DNA of 32,521 nucleotides from Bdellovibrio sp. Lineage in GTDB: Bacteria; Bdellovibrionota; Bdellovibrionia; Bdellovibrionales; Bdellovibrionaceae. A model generated the notes under the pieces. It was not told where the DNA came from. It ran no database searches and saw only the letters and a list, made by a program, of their open reading frames with translations. This document shows positions 20,151-30,545 of this stretch, one piece after another; the first letter of the stretch is position 1, and every line of letters begins with the position of its first letter. The DNA lies in contig JBKCUU010000027.1 of NCBI GenBank assembly GCA_046318155.1, positions 1 through 32,521 on the forward strand. Reading direction: 5' to 3'. A program made the translations under genes and the position numbers.

Positions 20151-20738
20151 CTAGAGGTCCGAGTCCTCTGCGGCAAGGAAAGCTGGGTCAAGAATATAGT
20201 CTTCTGGCATTTTACCCCTCTGGCGCAGCTGACGCAGGAACTCGAAAGCCACGATAGCAACGGCTGTCGAGACATTGTAGCCACGAACAGGACCTAAGAT
20301 GGGGATCAACAGAACCTGCTCGGGGTTCTGCTGCAAGAGGTCATCTGGCAGCCCCTTGGTTTCTTTTCCAAAGACAATCCAGTCTCCCGTTTGGAACTGA
20401 ATATCGTAGTAGTGACGGGTCCCTTTTGCCGAAAAATAAAAAACCCGCCGCGGATCTTTGATTTCGTTTTGCCAATTTGCAATCGACTCGTGATGCTTCC
20501 ATGACAAATGCTGCCAGTAATCCAGGCCCGCTCGTCTCAGATTTTTATCGGTGATTTTAAACCCCAACGACCCCACCAAATGCAAATCCGAGCGCGTCCC
20601 CACGCAGGTGCGCCCGATATTGCCCGTGTTTTGTGGAATTTCGGGCTCTACCAGGGCCACGTGAAACAGCGGCTCCAGCAAAGTCGAGGGTTGGTGGCCT
20701 TTTAACTGAGACTCATCCGAGGTAGCGGCAAACTTCAT
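20151..20738 (-). CDS. trmL: tRNA (cytidine/uridine34-2'-O)-methyltransferase, SPOUT family
   Basis: Motifs VEPEIPQNTGNIGRTC, RRAGLDYW, FGKETKGLP and N+S.AV.+..FE..RQ. The start is uncertain (ATG 20738 or TTG 20681). Confidence 0.92.
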   Translation of the reverse strand: MKFAATSDESQLKGHQPSTLLEPLFHVALVEPEIPQNTGNIGRTCVGTRSDLHLVGSLGFKITDKNLRRAGLDYWQHLSWKHHESIANWQNEIKDPRRVFYFSAKGTRHYYDIQFQTGDWIVFGKETKGLPDDLLQQNPEQVLLIPILGPVRGYNVSTAVAIVAFEFLRQLRQRGKMPEDYILDPAFLAAEDSDL

Positions 20739-21321
20739 GTCCGAGCTTTGATAGCGCAAGACGTCGCCCCTTATCAACGATCATCTCAAGATTCATGAGT
20801 TCGCGGTACAATACCAAGTCGATCGGGATGATTTCTCGGCCCGCCACGGATCCAAGACGCAGAATGTACTGCTTTTGGCGCTCGGTGAGCTGATTGAGCA
20901 AGGGGGCTTTGGACTCCATCGCCGTTCGCCAATCACCGTTCTCGATCGGAGTTGCGGTTTTTGGCAGGCGCTTGGGGTTTAAAAAATAAATCCAGCACTC
21001 CTGGTAGCCAGCCGCCGTCTGAACTTCTTTTTTCTTGCGCCAATAAAGGCTTTTTTCGGGACGGTCTTGATCATAGCCATGAAACTGATCGAGCAAGCCC
21101 ATCAAAAGCTCGCTTGTTTTCAAGGTCACGAGCTCGCCCTGGATAAGATCCACGCCGCCTTCAAGAACAACTGGAAAGCCCACTTTCAAAGAGTAAGCCG
21201 TTCCTTGAATCGCGGCCGGTTCGGACGCGGTAACAAATTCTTGGATTTTTTGGAAATGGACCAAACCTTGCGTCATCGATCCATAGACAAAGAAGAGCTC
21301 TCCGGCCCCATTTTGATTCAT
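20713..21321 (-). CDS. Gamma-glutamylcyclotransferase (AIG2-like) family protein with C-terminal extension
   Basis: Motifs FFVYGSM, G..Y....GFP, GEL, LD...GY, CWIY and I.NGDW, followed by about 60 extra residues. Confidence 0.8.
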   Translation of the reverse strand: MNQNGAGELFFVYGSMTQGLVHFQKIQEFVTASEPAAIQGTAYSLKVGFPVVLEGGVDLIQGELVTLKTSELLMGLLDQFHGYDQDRPEKSLYWRKKKEVQTAAGYQECWIYFLNPKRLPKTATPIENGDWRTAMESKAPLLNQLTERQKQYILRLGSVAGREIIPIDLVLYRELMNLEMIVDKGRRLALSKLGHEVCRYLG

Positions 21322-21598
21322 GATCCCCCCCGGCATCTGAATACTAGTGCGGCTGACAGGTCTATCACCCGCCCGCGCGCTGCAGAGCCGGAGTTACCAA
21401 AAAGACACAGTGCCTGCAACCCAAATTCGAGTTCAAGCTCCACTCAAATTTGTGCAATTTCGTTAGGATCAAGGACTTACCGTTTTGCGTTACCAAAAAG
21501 AGAAGTGATTTCAAGTGCTGTGGTTCTTTGACCTCTTTGAAAATTTATTGCTAGGTTTGTGAAAACCCGCCGCATGCGTTTGCTTGCATGTTGTTTGA

Positions 21599-21976
<378 letters not shown>

Positions 21977-22040
21977 GTTGGCGTGTTTAATGAAGTTAAA
22001 GTTTTGAAATTAACGGGTTGAAAATAAACGGGAGGCACGA

Positions 22041-23456
22041 ATGACGGCTCAAGAAGCAATCAAATTTGCGAAAGAGAAGGGTGCCCGCATGGTGGACTTA
22101 AAGTTCTGCGACATGCTGGGTACATGGCAACATTTTACGATCCCCATCAGTGGATTGGACAACGAGTTTTTTGAAGAGGGACTTGGCTTTGACGGAAGCT
22201 CGATTCGCGGATGGCGCGGAATCGAAGAGTCTGACATGGTTGTCAAGCCAGATCCTGCGACCGCAAAAATGGACCCCTTTATGGAGGTCCCCACGGTTTC
22301 TTTTATTTGCGACGTCGTCTTGCCAGAAACTCTTGAGGCCTATGACCGCGATCCTCGCAACGTCCTTCGCAAAGCCGTCGCTTATTTGAAAACGACCGGT
22401 ATCGCAGACACGGCTTATTTTGGTCCCGAAGCTGAATTCTTTATCTTTGATGATATTCGTTACGATCAAAGCAACAACGGCGCTTTTTACCAAATTGATT
22501 CTGATGAGGGCATTTGGAATTCGGGCCGCGATGAAGGTGGTCACAATTTAGGATACAAACCCCGTCACAAAGAAGGTTACTTCCCTGTCCTTCCGACGGA
22601 TTCTCAGCATGATCTGCGCACAGAAATGTGCCTTGAGCTTGAGCGCGCCGGCATGGTTGTCGAGCGTCAGCATCATGAGGTTGCAACTGCTGGACAGGCC
22701 GAAATCAACATCAAGTTTGATAGCGCCATGAACATGGCTGACAAAATGATGTGGTTCAAATACATCATTAAAAACGTCGCTCGCCGAAACAACAAAACAG
22801 TCACATTCATGCCTAAGCCCCTCTACGGTGACAATGGTTCTGGAATGCACGTTCATATTTCGCTCTGGAAAGATGGAACAAATCTTTTCGCGGGCAACAA
22901 ATATGCCGGCTTGTCTGAGAACGCGCTGTACTTCATCGGCGGTATTTTAAAACACGCACCCGCCTTGTGCGGCATCATTAATCCCACGACCAATAGCTAC
23001 AAGCGCTTGGTTCCTGGATTTGAAGCTCCCATCAAATTGGCGTACAGCTTTAAAAACCGATCAGCGGCCGTTCGTATTCCCAACTCCGGCCCGAGTCCCA
23101 AGGCAAAACGCATCGAGTTCCGCACGCCAGATCCCATGGCCAATATCTACCTCTGCCAAGCAGCACTGCTTATGGCTGGGCTTGATGGCGTCATGAACAA
23201 GATCCACCCCGGTGACCCTTTGGATAAAGATATTTACGGACTGAGCCCTCAAGAAGCGGCCAAAGTTCCCTCGATTCCTGGATCGCTCGAGGAGGCCTTA
23301 GTGAACTTGAAAGAAAAATCTGATTTCCTCAAGAAAGGTGATGCTTTTTCTGAAGACTTTTTGGAAACATGGATCCAGTACAAGGTCGATAAAGAAATCC
23401 GTCCGATCCAACAACGCCCAGTGCCTTACGAATTTCATTTGTACTACGATATGTAA
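22041..23456 (+). CDS. glnA: Glutamine synthetase type I
   Basis: Motifs [45 protein letters not shown] and R+EFR.PDP. The adenylylation-site-type Tyr is present in DKDIY. Confidence 0.98.
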   Translation: MTAQEAIKFAKEKGARMVDLKFCDMLGTWQHFTIPISGLDNEFFEEGLGFDGSSIRGWRGIEESDMVVKPDPATAKMDPFMEVPTVSFICDVVLPETLEAYDRDPRNVLRKAVAYLKTTGIADTAYFGPEAEFFIFDDIRYDQSNNGAFYQIDSDEGIWNSGRDEGGHNLGYKPRHKEGYFPVLPTDSQHDLRTEMCLELERAGMVVERQHHEVATAGQAEINIKFDSAMNMADKMMWFKYIIKNVARRNNKTVTFMPKPLYGDNGSGMHVHISLWKDGTNLFAGNKYAGLSENALYFIGGILKHAPALCGIINPTTNSYKRLVPGFEAPIKLAYSFKNRSAAVRIPNSGPSPKAKRIEFRTPDPMANIYLCQAALLMAGLDGVMNKIHPGDPLDKDIYGLSPQEAAKVPSIPGSLEEALVNLKEKSDFLKKGDAFSEDFLETWIQYKVDKEIRPIQQRPVPYEFHLYYDM

Positions 23457-23493
23457 TTCGAGATATTCGTTTTAAGAAATTGAAAGCTTCCCG

Positions 23494-23527
23494 AAAAGGG
23501 GCCTCCGCAAGGAAGCCCCTTTTTTTT
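23494..23527 (+). terminator. Intrinsic terminator of glnB-glnA
   Basis: AAAAGGGGC-CTCC-GCAA-GGAA-GCCCCT followed by a T-run. Confidence 0.85.
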
Positions 23528-23559
23528 CGAGCGGGTTGCACTTGCTGAAAGGTGTTCGT

Positions 23560-23967
23560 ATGGCTGAACTTTACAAAAATTTCCAGGGACATCTCTGGTA
23601 TCAAAAAGAAGACAACATTTACACGATCGGAATCAACGAAGACGCACTCGATGAAATCGACGGCATCTCGTCGGTTGATCTTCCAACTGATGGCGAAGTG
23701 GTCGAAGCCGATGTTGTTCTTGGCAGCCGAGATACCGACAATGGACCTCTCGATATTTACTCACCCGTTGCCGGCACAGTTGTCGAGATCAACACGACTG
23801 TCGGCGAAGACCCGACGTTGATCCAAGACGATCCTTACGACGCCTGGCTCTTTAAAGTCGAATCCGACGAAGAACTCTCGGACGACGAGGAAGAAGATGA
23901 AGACGAGGATGATGAGGACGACGACCTTGACGAAGACGATGAAGAGTTTGAAGAGGACGAAGAGTAG
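23560..23967 (+). CDS. Glycine-cleavage H-protein-like, lacking the lipoyl Lys, with a polyacidic tail
   Basis: Motifs H.W, +GI...A, V+LP..G, D+YSPV.G.VVE+N and P.L+..DPY.AWL+K+ match the H-protein fold. Confidence 0.85.
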   Translation: MAELYKNFQGHLWYQKEDNIYTIGINEDALDEIDGISSVDLPTDGEVVEADVVLGSRDTDNGPLDIYSPVAGTVVEINTTVGEDPTLIQDDPYDAWLFKVESDEELSDDEEEDEDEDDEDDDLDEDDEEFEEDEE

Positions 23968-23985
23968 TTGCTAAGGAGAATGACA

Positions 23986-24480
23986 ATGGCGAAAACGGCT
24001 AAAAACACGGGTCCGACAATGGATATCGGAATTCCCGAAAAAGATCGCAAAGAGATTGTCAAAGGCCTGTCGCATTTTTTGGCGGACTCTTACACTCTTT
24101 ATCTTAAAACTCACAATTTTCACTGGAACGTGACGGGTCCGATGTTCAACACGCTTCACTTAATGTTCGAAGGCCAATACAACGAGCTTTGGACTGCGGT
24201 TGATTTGATAGCCGAGCGGATCCGCTCGCTGGGCTTTCCTTCGCCTGGGTCATATGCTGATTTTGCCGGACTCACCACCATTAAAGAAGCCAAAGGTGTT
24301 CCCAAAGCGATGGAGATGATCAAGCAATTGGTCGAAGGCCATGAGGCGGTGGTTCGCTCAGCTCGCAAGGTCTTCCCGACGGCTGAAGACGCTGGTGATG
24401 AGGCCACTTGCGATTTGCTCACTCAGCGTATTCAGCTCCACGAAAAGACCGCATGGATGCTTCGCAGCTTGCTCGAATAA
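23986..24480 (+). CDS. dps: DNA starvation/stationary-phase protection protein Dps
   Basis: Motifs [23 protein letters not shown].+AERIR.LG and HEK.AWML. RBS AAGGAG. Confidence 0.96.
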   Translation: MAKTAKNTGPTMDIGIPEKDRKEIVKGLSHFLADSYTLYLKTHNFHWNVTGPMFNTLHLMFEGQYNELWTAVDLIAERIRSLGFPSPGSYADFAGLTTIKEAKGVPKAMEMIKQLVEGHEAVVRSARKVFPTAEDAGDEATCDLLTQRIQLHEKTAWMLRSLLE

Positions 24481-24483
24481 AAC

Positions 24484-25431
24484 TTAGTTCTCGAACATCT
24501 GATCGCCACCAAAGTAACCTTGAAAAATCTCTTCAACTTCCGAAGCCGAAATGGGCTGACCATTCAAGAAAGTCTGCTCCGTTTTCGTTCCGTTCGTTAC
24601 CGATTTGCTGATGTAAATCTGTGCGGGAGTTTGTCCGCGCATCAAATTCAAAATCATGATCGAGTTCTCTTGTTTTTGGTTGCCGTTTTCTTTGGTCAAC
24701 GACTCGAACTCACCTTTGATCGCGATACGACCGCTAGTGCGTGATTCGTAGTAACCATCAAGGCCACCTCGGACATACTGCTTATTCGATGCGTTTTCAA
24801 AACGAACGCCACCAGAAAAACTACCACGTAAGTTTAAACTAACGATGTTTGAATTTACCAGCCAATTTGGGTTTGACCAAGGAAGCTCGACCAATGCCGA
24901 CTCAAGTTCAAGCGAGCCTTCGATCTTTCCATCTACTCGGTTTATCGCAGTGGACGAGATATCGGACTCAGTGATTGTCATGTTGAAAACTGTGTTGCTC
25001 GAACTTCGAACATTACAACTCGAGCCCGAAATAGATGATGTCTTTGCAGACTTTGCTTGTGCCCCCACTTTTAAATCACTAGGATTCTGCGTCTTCTGTT
25101 CTGGTTGAGTAATTTCACAGAAAGATTGAATCCGGTGAATTACTTCCTTTTGCAGGCGTGTGGCTTTTGCCAATTTATCCATTCGTTTGCGGTAGTCTTC
25201 TTGTGATTCATCACGGGGTTGATAAGCCATATCAATAGCCAAAATTGCTCGTGAATTACTAAAATCCCTTTTGAGATCTGCTTTTTGCTCGAGAGTCATT
25301 CCTGAACCACTGGGGCCACCCATGGCCAACTGATCTGGAATTTCAACGCTTGGTTTTTTCTTGTCTTCAGGCTTTGAGCAGGCGGCCAAACCGACAAACA
25401 AAGACAGCACAACTAGTTTCGTAAGTTTCAT
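24484..25431 (-). CDS. Hypothetical beta-rich lipoprotein
   Basis: MKLTKLVVLSLFVGLAA-C lipobox, a helical N-terminal part, then Ser/Thr/Gly-rich strands. It is paralogous to the next gene. Confidence 0.8.
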   Translation of the reverse strand: MKLTKLVVLSLFVGLAACSKPEDKKKPSVEIPDQLAMGGPSGSGMTLEQKADLKRDFSNSRAILAIDMAYQPRDESQEDYRKRMDKLAKATRLQKEVIHRIQSFCEITQPEQKTQNPSDLKVGAQAKSAKTSSISGSSCNVRSSSNTVFNMTITESDISSTAINRVDGKIEGSLELESALVELPWSNPNWLVNSNIVSLNLRGSFSGGVRFENASNKQYVRGGLDGYYESRTSGRIAIKGEFESLTKENGNQKQENSIMILNLMRGQTPAQIYISKSVTNGTKTEQTFLNGQPISASEVEEIFQGYFGGDQMFEN

Positions 25432-25574
25432 GATCTTGATTCTCCATTCAAAAGAGGGACTAAAAAAATTAAAAATTTTCGAAATCGGACGGACCTTACT
25501 CCAGTGACCAAAACTGGCCAAGGGGGGTGGAAATATACTCTTGTTCGGCTAAACTTTAGACACTTCCAAAAAGC

Positions 25575-25603
25575 AAAAAGCCCCGCAGAGACGCTCTGGG
25601 GGC
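25575..25603 (-). terminator. Intrinsic terminator between the paralogs
   Basis: GCCCC..CAGAG-loop-CTCTG..GGGGC hairpin followed by TTTTT on the minus strand. Confidence 0.7.
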
Positions 25604-25649
25604 ATTTAAAGTCATGTTCATTATAGTCATGCGAACTTGAAGGGAGAAC

Positions 25650-26502
25650 TTAAAGGACTTGTCCTTCAAAGTTGAATCCACCTTGAAAGATGTCGTCGAC
25701 TTCTTGTTTTGAAATCGGCTGGCTGTTCAAATAGTATTCGCTTTGCTTCACGCCTCGAGACTCGGTTTCGACTTGGTAAAGCTCGACTGTTCCTTGAGGG
25801 CGCGCCATTTTGTAAACCATCAAGGTCACATTACGGCCATTTGCCGCTTCGGTGTTCAAGTTTTCCAATTCAGCCGTTATCGGAATTCGCGATCGGTTTT
25901 GCAATTGATAGTAACCGCTAAAAGCACCCTTCAGCCAGGTCTTCATTTGATTCTTCTCAAGACGGATCACGCCCTGAAAGCCACCTTGCAAGCTGACGCC
26001 CGAGACATTGGCTCTTGCCATCCAGACGGGGTCAATAACCATCGAATTCAAAGTCATGCGGCCCTGCACGTCGCCCGCAAGCAGATCCAAGTTGTTACCC
26101 GAAACCACCAGCTCCCGAACTGTCATGACGGTGCTGGATTGGCTTTGGTGTTGAACGGGACAACCGGCACCAAAGATGGCCGAATTTTTTTGCCACTTGT
26201 TTTGCGCGCCGACGCGGAGCTCACCCGAGTTCTCGGTGATTTCTTCAGGTTGATTAAATTGACAGTTTTGCTTGATCTGACGGATCAGCTCTTTTTGTTC
26301 GGCGTTGGCCTTCGCCAACTTTTGCTGCCGCTCTTGATACTCTTGCTGAGTTTCGTTTCTGGGCTCGTACGACAAATCGATAGATGAACCCAGGCGGGCG
26401 TTCGCAAATTCGGCCTTCATCTCGTTTTTTTGAAGTGGGCTTAAGGGCTGTCCACTGGGACTAGCAATAACGGTGCTTTGAAACCTTGCGACGGGCCTTG
26501 GC
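25650..26502 (-). pseudogene. Paralog of the 24484-25431 lipoprotein, 5'-truncated (or a CDS from ATG 26420)
   Basis: By-eye alignment: PSG...QK...F.N.R....ID+.Y+PR.E+Q++Y..R..KLAKA...QKE+I..I...C...QP...+LN.QPIS..EV++IFQG.F. There is no signal peptide and no start codon between the pstB stop and the homologous region. Confidence 0.6.
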
Positions 26503-27261
26503 TTAACCGAAGCGGCCGGTGACGTAGTTCTCGGTGCGTCGATCCGACGGTGCCGTGAACATCTTCGAGGTCTGATCAAATTCGATCAAATCTCCCAAGT
26601 ACATGAAAGCCGTGCGGTCCGAAACCCGCGCCGCCTGATGCAGGTTGTGCGTCACGATCACAATCGTAACGGTCTTTTTAAGATCAACGATCAAATCTTC
26701 GATGTGCGTGGTGGAAATGGGATCTAGAGCCGAAGTGGGCTCATCCAGCAACAAAAGCTCGGGCTCAACCGCTAAGGCGCGAGCGATACAAAGACGCTGC
26801 TGCTGACCGCCCGAGAGTGTCTGGGCACCCGAATGAAGCCGATCCTTCACTTCGGACCAGAGACCCGAAGCCTGAAGCGATTGCTCGCAGCGCTCTTGCA
26901 AAAAGCTGCGACGCTTGATGCCGCGAACTTTGAGGCCATACACCACGTTCTCATAAATCGATTTCGGAAAGGGATTGGGTTTTTGAAACACCATCCCGAT
27001 GCGCATACGGACTTCCATCGGGTCAACATCGCGTGCCAAAATGTTGCGCCGATCAGGGTGCAAAAGAATCTCGCCTTCGTACTTGGCGCCCTTATAAAGG
27101 TCGTGCATGCGATTAAAGCAGCGAAGAAGAGTGGTTTTGCCGCACCCCGAAGGGCCGATCAGAGCCGTGATCTGATTGTTGTAAATCGGCATCGACACGT
27201 TCTTCAGAACCTGTTTTTCACCGTAAGAAAAATTGAGATTTTTGACTTCTGCTTTTACCAT
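26503..27261 (-). CDS. pstB: Phosphate ABC transporter ATP-binding protein
   Basis: Motifs [47 protein letters not shown] and Y+TGRFG. Confidence 0.97.
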   Translation of the reverse strand: MVKAEVKNLNFSYGEKQVLKNVSMPIYNNQITALIGPSGCGKTTLLRCFNRMHDLYKGAKYEGEILLHPDRRNILARDVDPMEVRMRIGMVFQKPNPFPKSIYENVVYGLKVRGIKRRSFLQERCEQSLQASGLWSEVKDRLHSGAQTLSGGQQQRLCIARALAVEPELLLLDEPTSALDPISTTHIEDLIVDLKKTVTIVIVTHNLHQAARVSDRTAFMYLGDLIEFDQTSKMFTAPSDRRTENYVTGRFG

Positions 27262-28217
27262 TTAATCTTCCGTCTAAACGAAGCGCGAATATAAATCGCA
27301 ACACCGTTCAAAAGCAAAGTGAGGGTGAGTAAAACAACACCGGCCGCCGCTGCATTCACATGAAACTCTTCTTGCGGGCGCGACACCCAGTTGAACATCT
27401 GAATCGGTAACACGGTGAAAGGATCTTTGATCCATTGAATCGTGATAAATGGAAAATCTTCAGTAAATGGGCTGGTCGGCAAGAACGCGATAAACGTCAA
27501 TGCACCAATCGTAATCAAAGGCGCTGTTTCTCCAATGGCGCGCGACAAAGCGATGATCACGCCGGTCAAAATTCCGCCCGTTGAGTACGGTAACAAGTGG
27601 TGCTGAATCACCTGCCACCGGCTGGAACCCATGGCAAACGCAGCTTCCCGAATCGTGCTGGGAACCGTGCGCAGGGCCTCTCGGGTCGTCACAATAATAA
27701 TCGGCAGAACCAACAAACCCAGCGTTAAACCTGCGGTCAGGATGCTTTGGCCAAAACCAAACTTGTATACAAAAATACTCAAGGCCATGAGTCCAAAAGT
27801 AATGGATGGAATTCCCGCCAAGTTGACAATGTTAATCTCGAGAATGGCGGTCACCCAATTTTTAGGTGCGTACTCTTCAAGATAAACGCCGGCAGCAATC
27901 CCCACCGGAATCGCGGCCAAGGCAGTTGTCATCATCACACAAAGCGATCCGACCCAAGCCGACAAAATCCCCGCTCGCTCGGGCGTGCGAGAGGGAAAGC
28001 TGGTCATAAAGGCGTAGTCAATCCGGCCAAGACCTGTTGACGCCAAATCGACGATCAAAAGCAAAAGTGTGATCAAGCCAAAAGCCAAGGCCAGCAAGCT
28101 AACCAAAGCAAAAACAAAATCCTGCATCTGTCGTTTCGAAAGCTCTTTGCGGTCAAAGAACACGCGCTCTTGCGATCCATTGGAGGTCGTTTGATCCTTC
28201 AAACCTTGAGTGGCCAT
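27255..28217 (-). CDS. pstA: Phosphate ABC transporter permease
   Basis: Motifs YLEEYA, NLAG+PSI.+[13 protein letters not shown] and RAIGETAPL. Confidence 0.95.
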   Translation of the reverse strand: MATQGLKDQTTSNGSQERVFFDRKELSKRQMQDFVFALVSLLALAFGLITLLLLIVDLASTGLGRIDYAFMTSFPSRTPERAGILSAWVGSLCVMMTTALAAIPVGIAAGVYLEEYAPKNWVTAILEINIVNLAGIPSITFGLMALSIFVYKFGFGQSILTAGLTLGLLVLPIIIVTTREALRTVPSTIREAAFAMGSSRWQVIQHHLLPYSTGGILTGVIIALSRAIGETAPLITIGALTFIAFLPTSPFTEDFPFITIQWIKDPFTVLPIQMFNWVSRPQEEFHVNAAAAGVVLLTLTLLLNGVAIYIRASFRRKIKW

Positions 28218-29146
28218 TAGTAGACCTCCCGAAACTTTTTACGAAGGACAAAGCCAATCATGTTAAACGTGAGGGTCAGTAGCAGGAGTGTCAGACCCGC
28301 GACGTAAATAGACTGATACCCCACAGAACCATGAGGCAAATCGCCGAGGCTGACTTGAACGATAAATGCTGTAATCGTCGCCGCAGGCTCGGTCGGATTT
28401 AAAGTTAAGTTGGGCTGCATTCCTGCCGCAATCGCGACAACCATGGTCTCACCTAAGGCGCGTGAAATTCCGAGAATGTAAGCTGAAGAGATACCCGAGA
28501 ATGCGGCCGGGATCACAATACGAAATGACGTTTGCATTCGCGATGCGCCCACGGCGTAGGAGGCCTCGCGCAAATAAGCAGGGACTGCACGCATCGCATC
28601 TTCGGTCAATGAACTCACATAAGGAATAATCATGACACCAATGACTAGACCTGCAGCTAAGACATTAAAGCCCGGCAAGTTGGGCATCATCTTTTGCAAC
28701 AAAGGCGTCACGAACAACAGGGCAAAGTAGCCGTACACAACCGTCGGAACGGCCGCGAGCAGCTCTAGAATTGGTTTCAAAACTTCGCGCGCACGTGGAT
28801 GGGCGTATTCGCTCAAATAGGTCGCGATGATGGTTCCGAGCGGAATCGCGAGTATCAAGGCAATGACGGTCGTCAAAAAAGTACCGCACAGTAAAGGCAA
28901 AATGCCGTACTTGGGGTCAGCAAAGAGGGGCGTCCACTCGGAGCCCGTAATGAACTCAGTGAAGGTGACGTGTTCAAAGAAAGGAATCGATTCAGAAACC
29001 AAAATGTAGACAATTCCAAGGGTCACAAAAACCGAAGAGGCCGCTGCTGCGAACAGCACGGCCTCAATCAATTGCTCTTTTAGGTGTCGGAGCCGTCGGA
29101 CCGGGTGGTTGGCCGACGTAAATTCCGAAAGTTTAGGACGAGCCAA
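28217..29146 (-). CDS. pstC: Phosphate ABC transporter permease
   Basis: Motifs YLSEYA, ELLAA+PTVVYG+F, EDA+.AVP, SRA+GETM+V. TTG start. Confidence 0.95.
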   Translation of the reverse strand: MARPKLSEFTSANHPVRRLRHLKEQLIEAVLFAAAASSVFVTLGIVYILVSESIPFFEHVTFTEFITGSEWTPLFADPKYGILPLLCGTFLTTVIALILAIPLGTIIATYLSEYAHPRAREVLKPILELLAAVPTVVYGYFALLFVTPLLQKMMPNLPGFNVLAAGLVIGVMIIPYVSSLTEDAMRAVPAYLREASYAVGASRMQTSFRIVIPAAFSGISSAYILGISRALGETMVVAIAAGMQPNLTLNPTEPAATITAFIVQVSLGDLPHGSVGYQSIYVAGLTLLLLTLTFNMIGFVLRKKFREVY

Positions 29147-29147
29147 T

Positions 29148-30200
29148 TTACATTGTTCCTTCGCGCTTCATCAGGTCTTCAACCTTCATGCCCACGTCAG
29201 AGTGGCCACCAAAAACTGTACCTAATTTGCTCTTGTTTAAATGTTCAAGGCCGATATCGTAAACTTTGGCAGGCAGTGCCACATATTTTACTTCAGGAAC
29301 CAGCTTGCGAGCATTTTTAAGATAAAACTCAGCAAATTGCTTCACCTCAGGACGCTGCAAAGATTTTTGGCTCACGTAAATAAAAACGGGTCTCGCTAAT
29401 GGATAGTAAGTTCCGTTCTCAACAGTTTCGTTCGAAGGATAAACGCCTTTACCTTTGAGAGGAGATTTGTCTCCACCGATCACGGCAAGGGCCCTTATTC
29501 TTTTCTTGTTGGTCTCGTAGTAAGCCAAACCAAAATAGCCCAAAGCGTTTGTGTCTTGGCTCACACCTTGAACGATTGTGTTGTCATCTTCAGACGCCGT
29601 GTAATCACCGCGGCTCGATTTCGCTTTTCCGACAATAGCTTCAGTGAAGTAATCAAAAGTCCCTGAATCAGTTCCTGCACCATAAAGCTTCAAAGGAGCA
29701 TCAGGCCATTTGGGATTGATTTGATTCCATTTTGTGATTTTACCTTGAGCGCCGGGCTCCCACATTTTTTTGAGATCCTCGACGGTGATCTCTGTGGCCC
29801 AAGTTGCCTTAGGATTTACAACAACGGCGATCGCATCATACGCAATGGGCAGTTCTACAAACGTAATGCCTGCTTTTTTGCAATCTGCGAGCTCTGAAGT
29901 TTGAATGGGGCGCGACGCATTTTGGACATCCGTTTCGCCGCGGCAGAATTTTTTAAAGCCGCCACCAGTGCCCGAAATGCCCACCGTGATTTTGACTTTT
30001 CCTTTTGTTGAAGTTTGAAATTCTTCTGCCACCGCTTCGGTAATTGGAAACACGGTTGAAGACCCGTCAATTTTGACAAGAGTCGGACCTTGAGCGAGCG
30101 CTTTCGCGCCGATCAAAAGTGCCGTGAGGGCAATCAGCGAAGTGGCCACCATTTGGAGATCGAAGGCATCGGACACACGAACGTAGAGTTGCTTCAGCAT
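29148..30200 (-). CDS. pstS: Phosphate-binding periplasmic protein
   Basis: Motifs DGSSTV+[28 protein letters not shown] and YPL.RP+F+Y. RBS AGGAG. Confidence 0.96.
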   Translation of the reverse strand: MLKQLYVRVSDAFDLQMVATSLIALTALLIGAKALAQGPTLVKIDGSSTVFPITEAVAEEFQTSTKGKVKITVGISGTGGGFKKFCRGETDVQNASRPIQTSELADCKKAGITFVELPIAYDAIAVVVNPKATWATEITVEDLKKMWEPGAQGKITKWNQINPKWPDAPLKLYGAGTDSGTFDYFTEAIVGKAKSSRGDYTASEDDNTIVQGVSQDTNALGYFGLAYYETNKKRIRALAVIGGDKSPLKGKGVYPSNETVENGTYYPLARPVFIYVSQKSLQRPEVKQFAEFYLKNARKLVPEVKYVALPAKVYDIGLEHLNKSKLGTVFGGHSDVGMKVEDLMKREGTM

Positions 30201-30260
30201 GAATTCTCCTTGAGATTTGCAGATTTGACCCTGAAACTATCAGGGCCCTCAAGAGAGTCA

Positions 30261-30277
30261 TGTCAGGCCTTTGTCAG
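30261..30277. promoter_or_regulatory. Putative Pho box (PhoB/OmpR-type direct repeat)
   Basis: TGTCAG occurs at 30261 and 30272 (11-bp period), about 60 bp upstream of pstS. Confidence 0.55.
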
Positions 30278-30278
30278 G

Positions 30279-30545
30279 ATGTATGTGAACCGCGTTATCA
30301 CTCTGTTTTTGATTCCGACTCTCATTTGGGGCCCCACCTGGATTGCCATTAAATGATTGCCATTAAATTTTACCCTGGGGGACGACCCCCGCCGAGATCT
30401 CGGTTTTCCTGCGTTTTACAATAGCCACCGTGGCGACGGGTTTTTGGGCTCTCACCCAGGGTCTGAAGCTTTGCGGCGGTGGCATCTGACGGGCGTTGCA
30501 CTTGCGATTTTAAGAAATTTTCTAGTCTTGAAAAAGAGGCGGCCG
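30279..30545 (+). pseudogene. Collapsed EamA/DMT transporter remnant
   Basis: Three pieces across frames: LFLIPTLIWGPTWIAIK, TTPAEISVFLRFTIA..FWAL..GL, and a C-terminal-like WHLTGVALAIL.NFLVLKK. Confidence 0.7.
30341..30368 (+). repeat. Perfect 14-bp tandem duplication GATTGCCATTAAAT x2
   Basis: Read directly. The junction creates the TGA that stops the EamA-like frame. Confidence 0.95.

Noticed and set aside
19386..20297. 303-aa plus-strand ORF
   Set aside because: It is an antisense shadow of secA with no motifs. The other short overlapping ORFs in the track were rejected for the same reason.
21439..21457. Possible NtrC site (CACTCAAATTTGTGCA)
   Set aside because: Only the right half matches TGCAC-N7-GTGCA.
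21565..21592. Possible sigma-54 promoter (CCGCATGCGTTTGC) before glnB
   Set aside because: It lacks the invariant GG at -24 and the spacing is off by one.
21978..21995. TGGCGTG...ATGA before glnA as a sigma-54 site
   Set aside because: The -12 GC element is missing.
23866..23964. GAN-rich low-complexity repeat and the antisense poly-Ser ORF 23835-24062
   Set aside because: Both are explained by the Asp/Glu codons of the H-protein tail. This is not a DNA repeat element.
26503..26579. Programmed frameshift fusing PstB to the downstream protein
   Set aside because: PstB ends with its normal TGRFG C-terminus and I see no slippery sequence.
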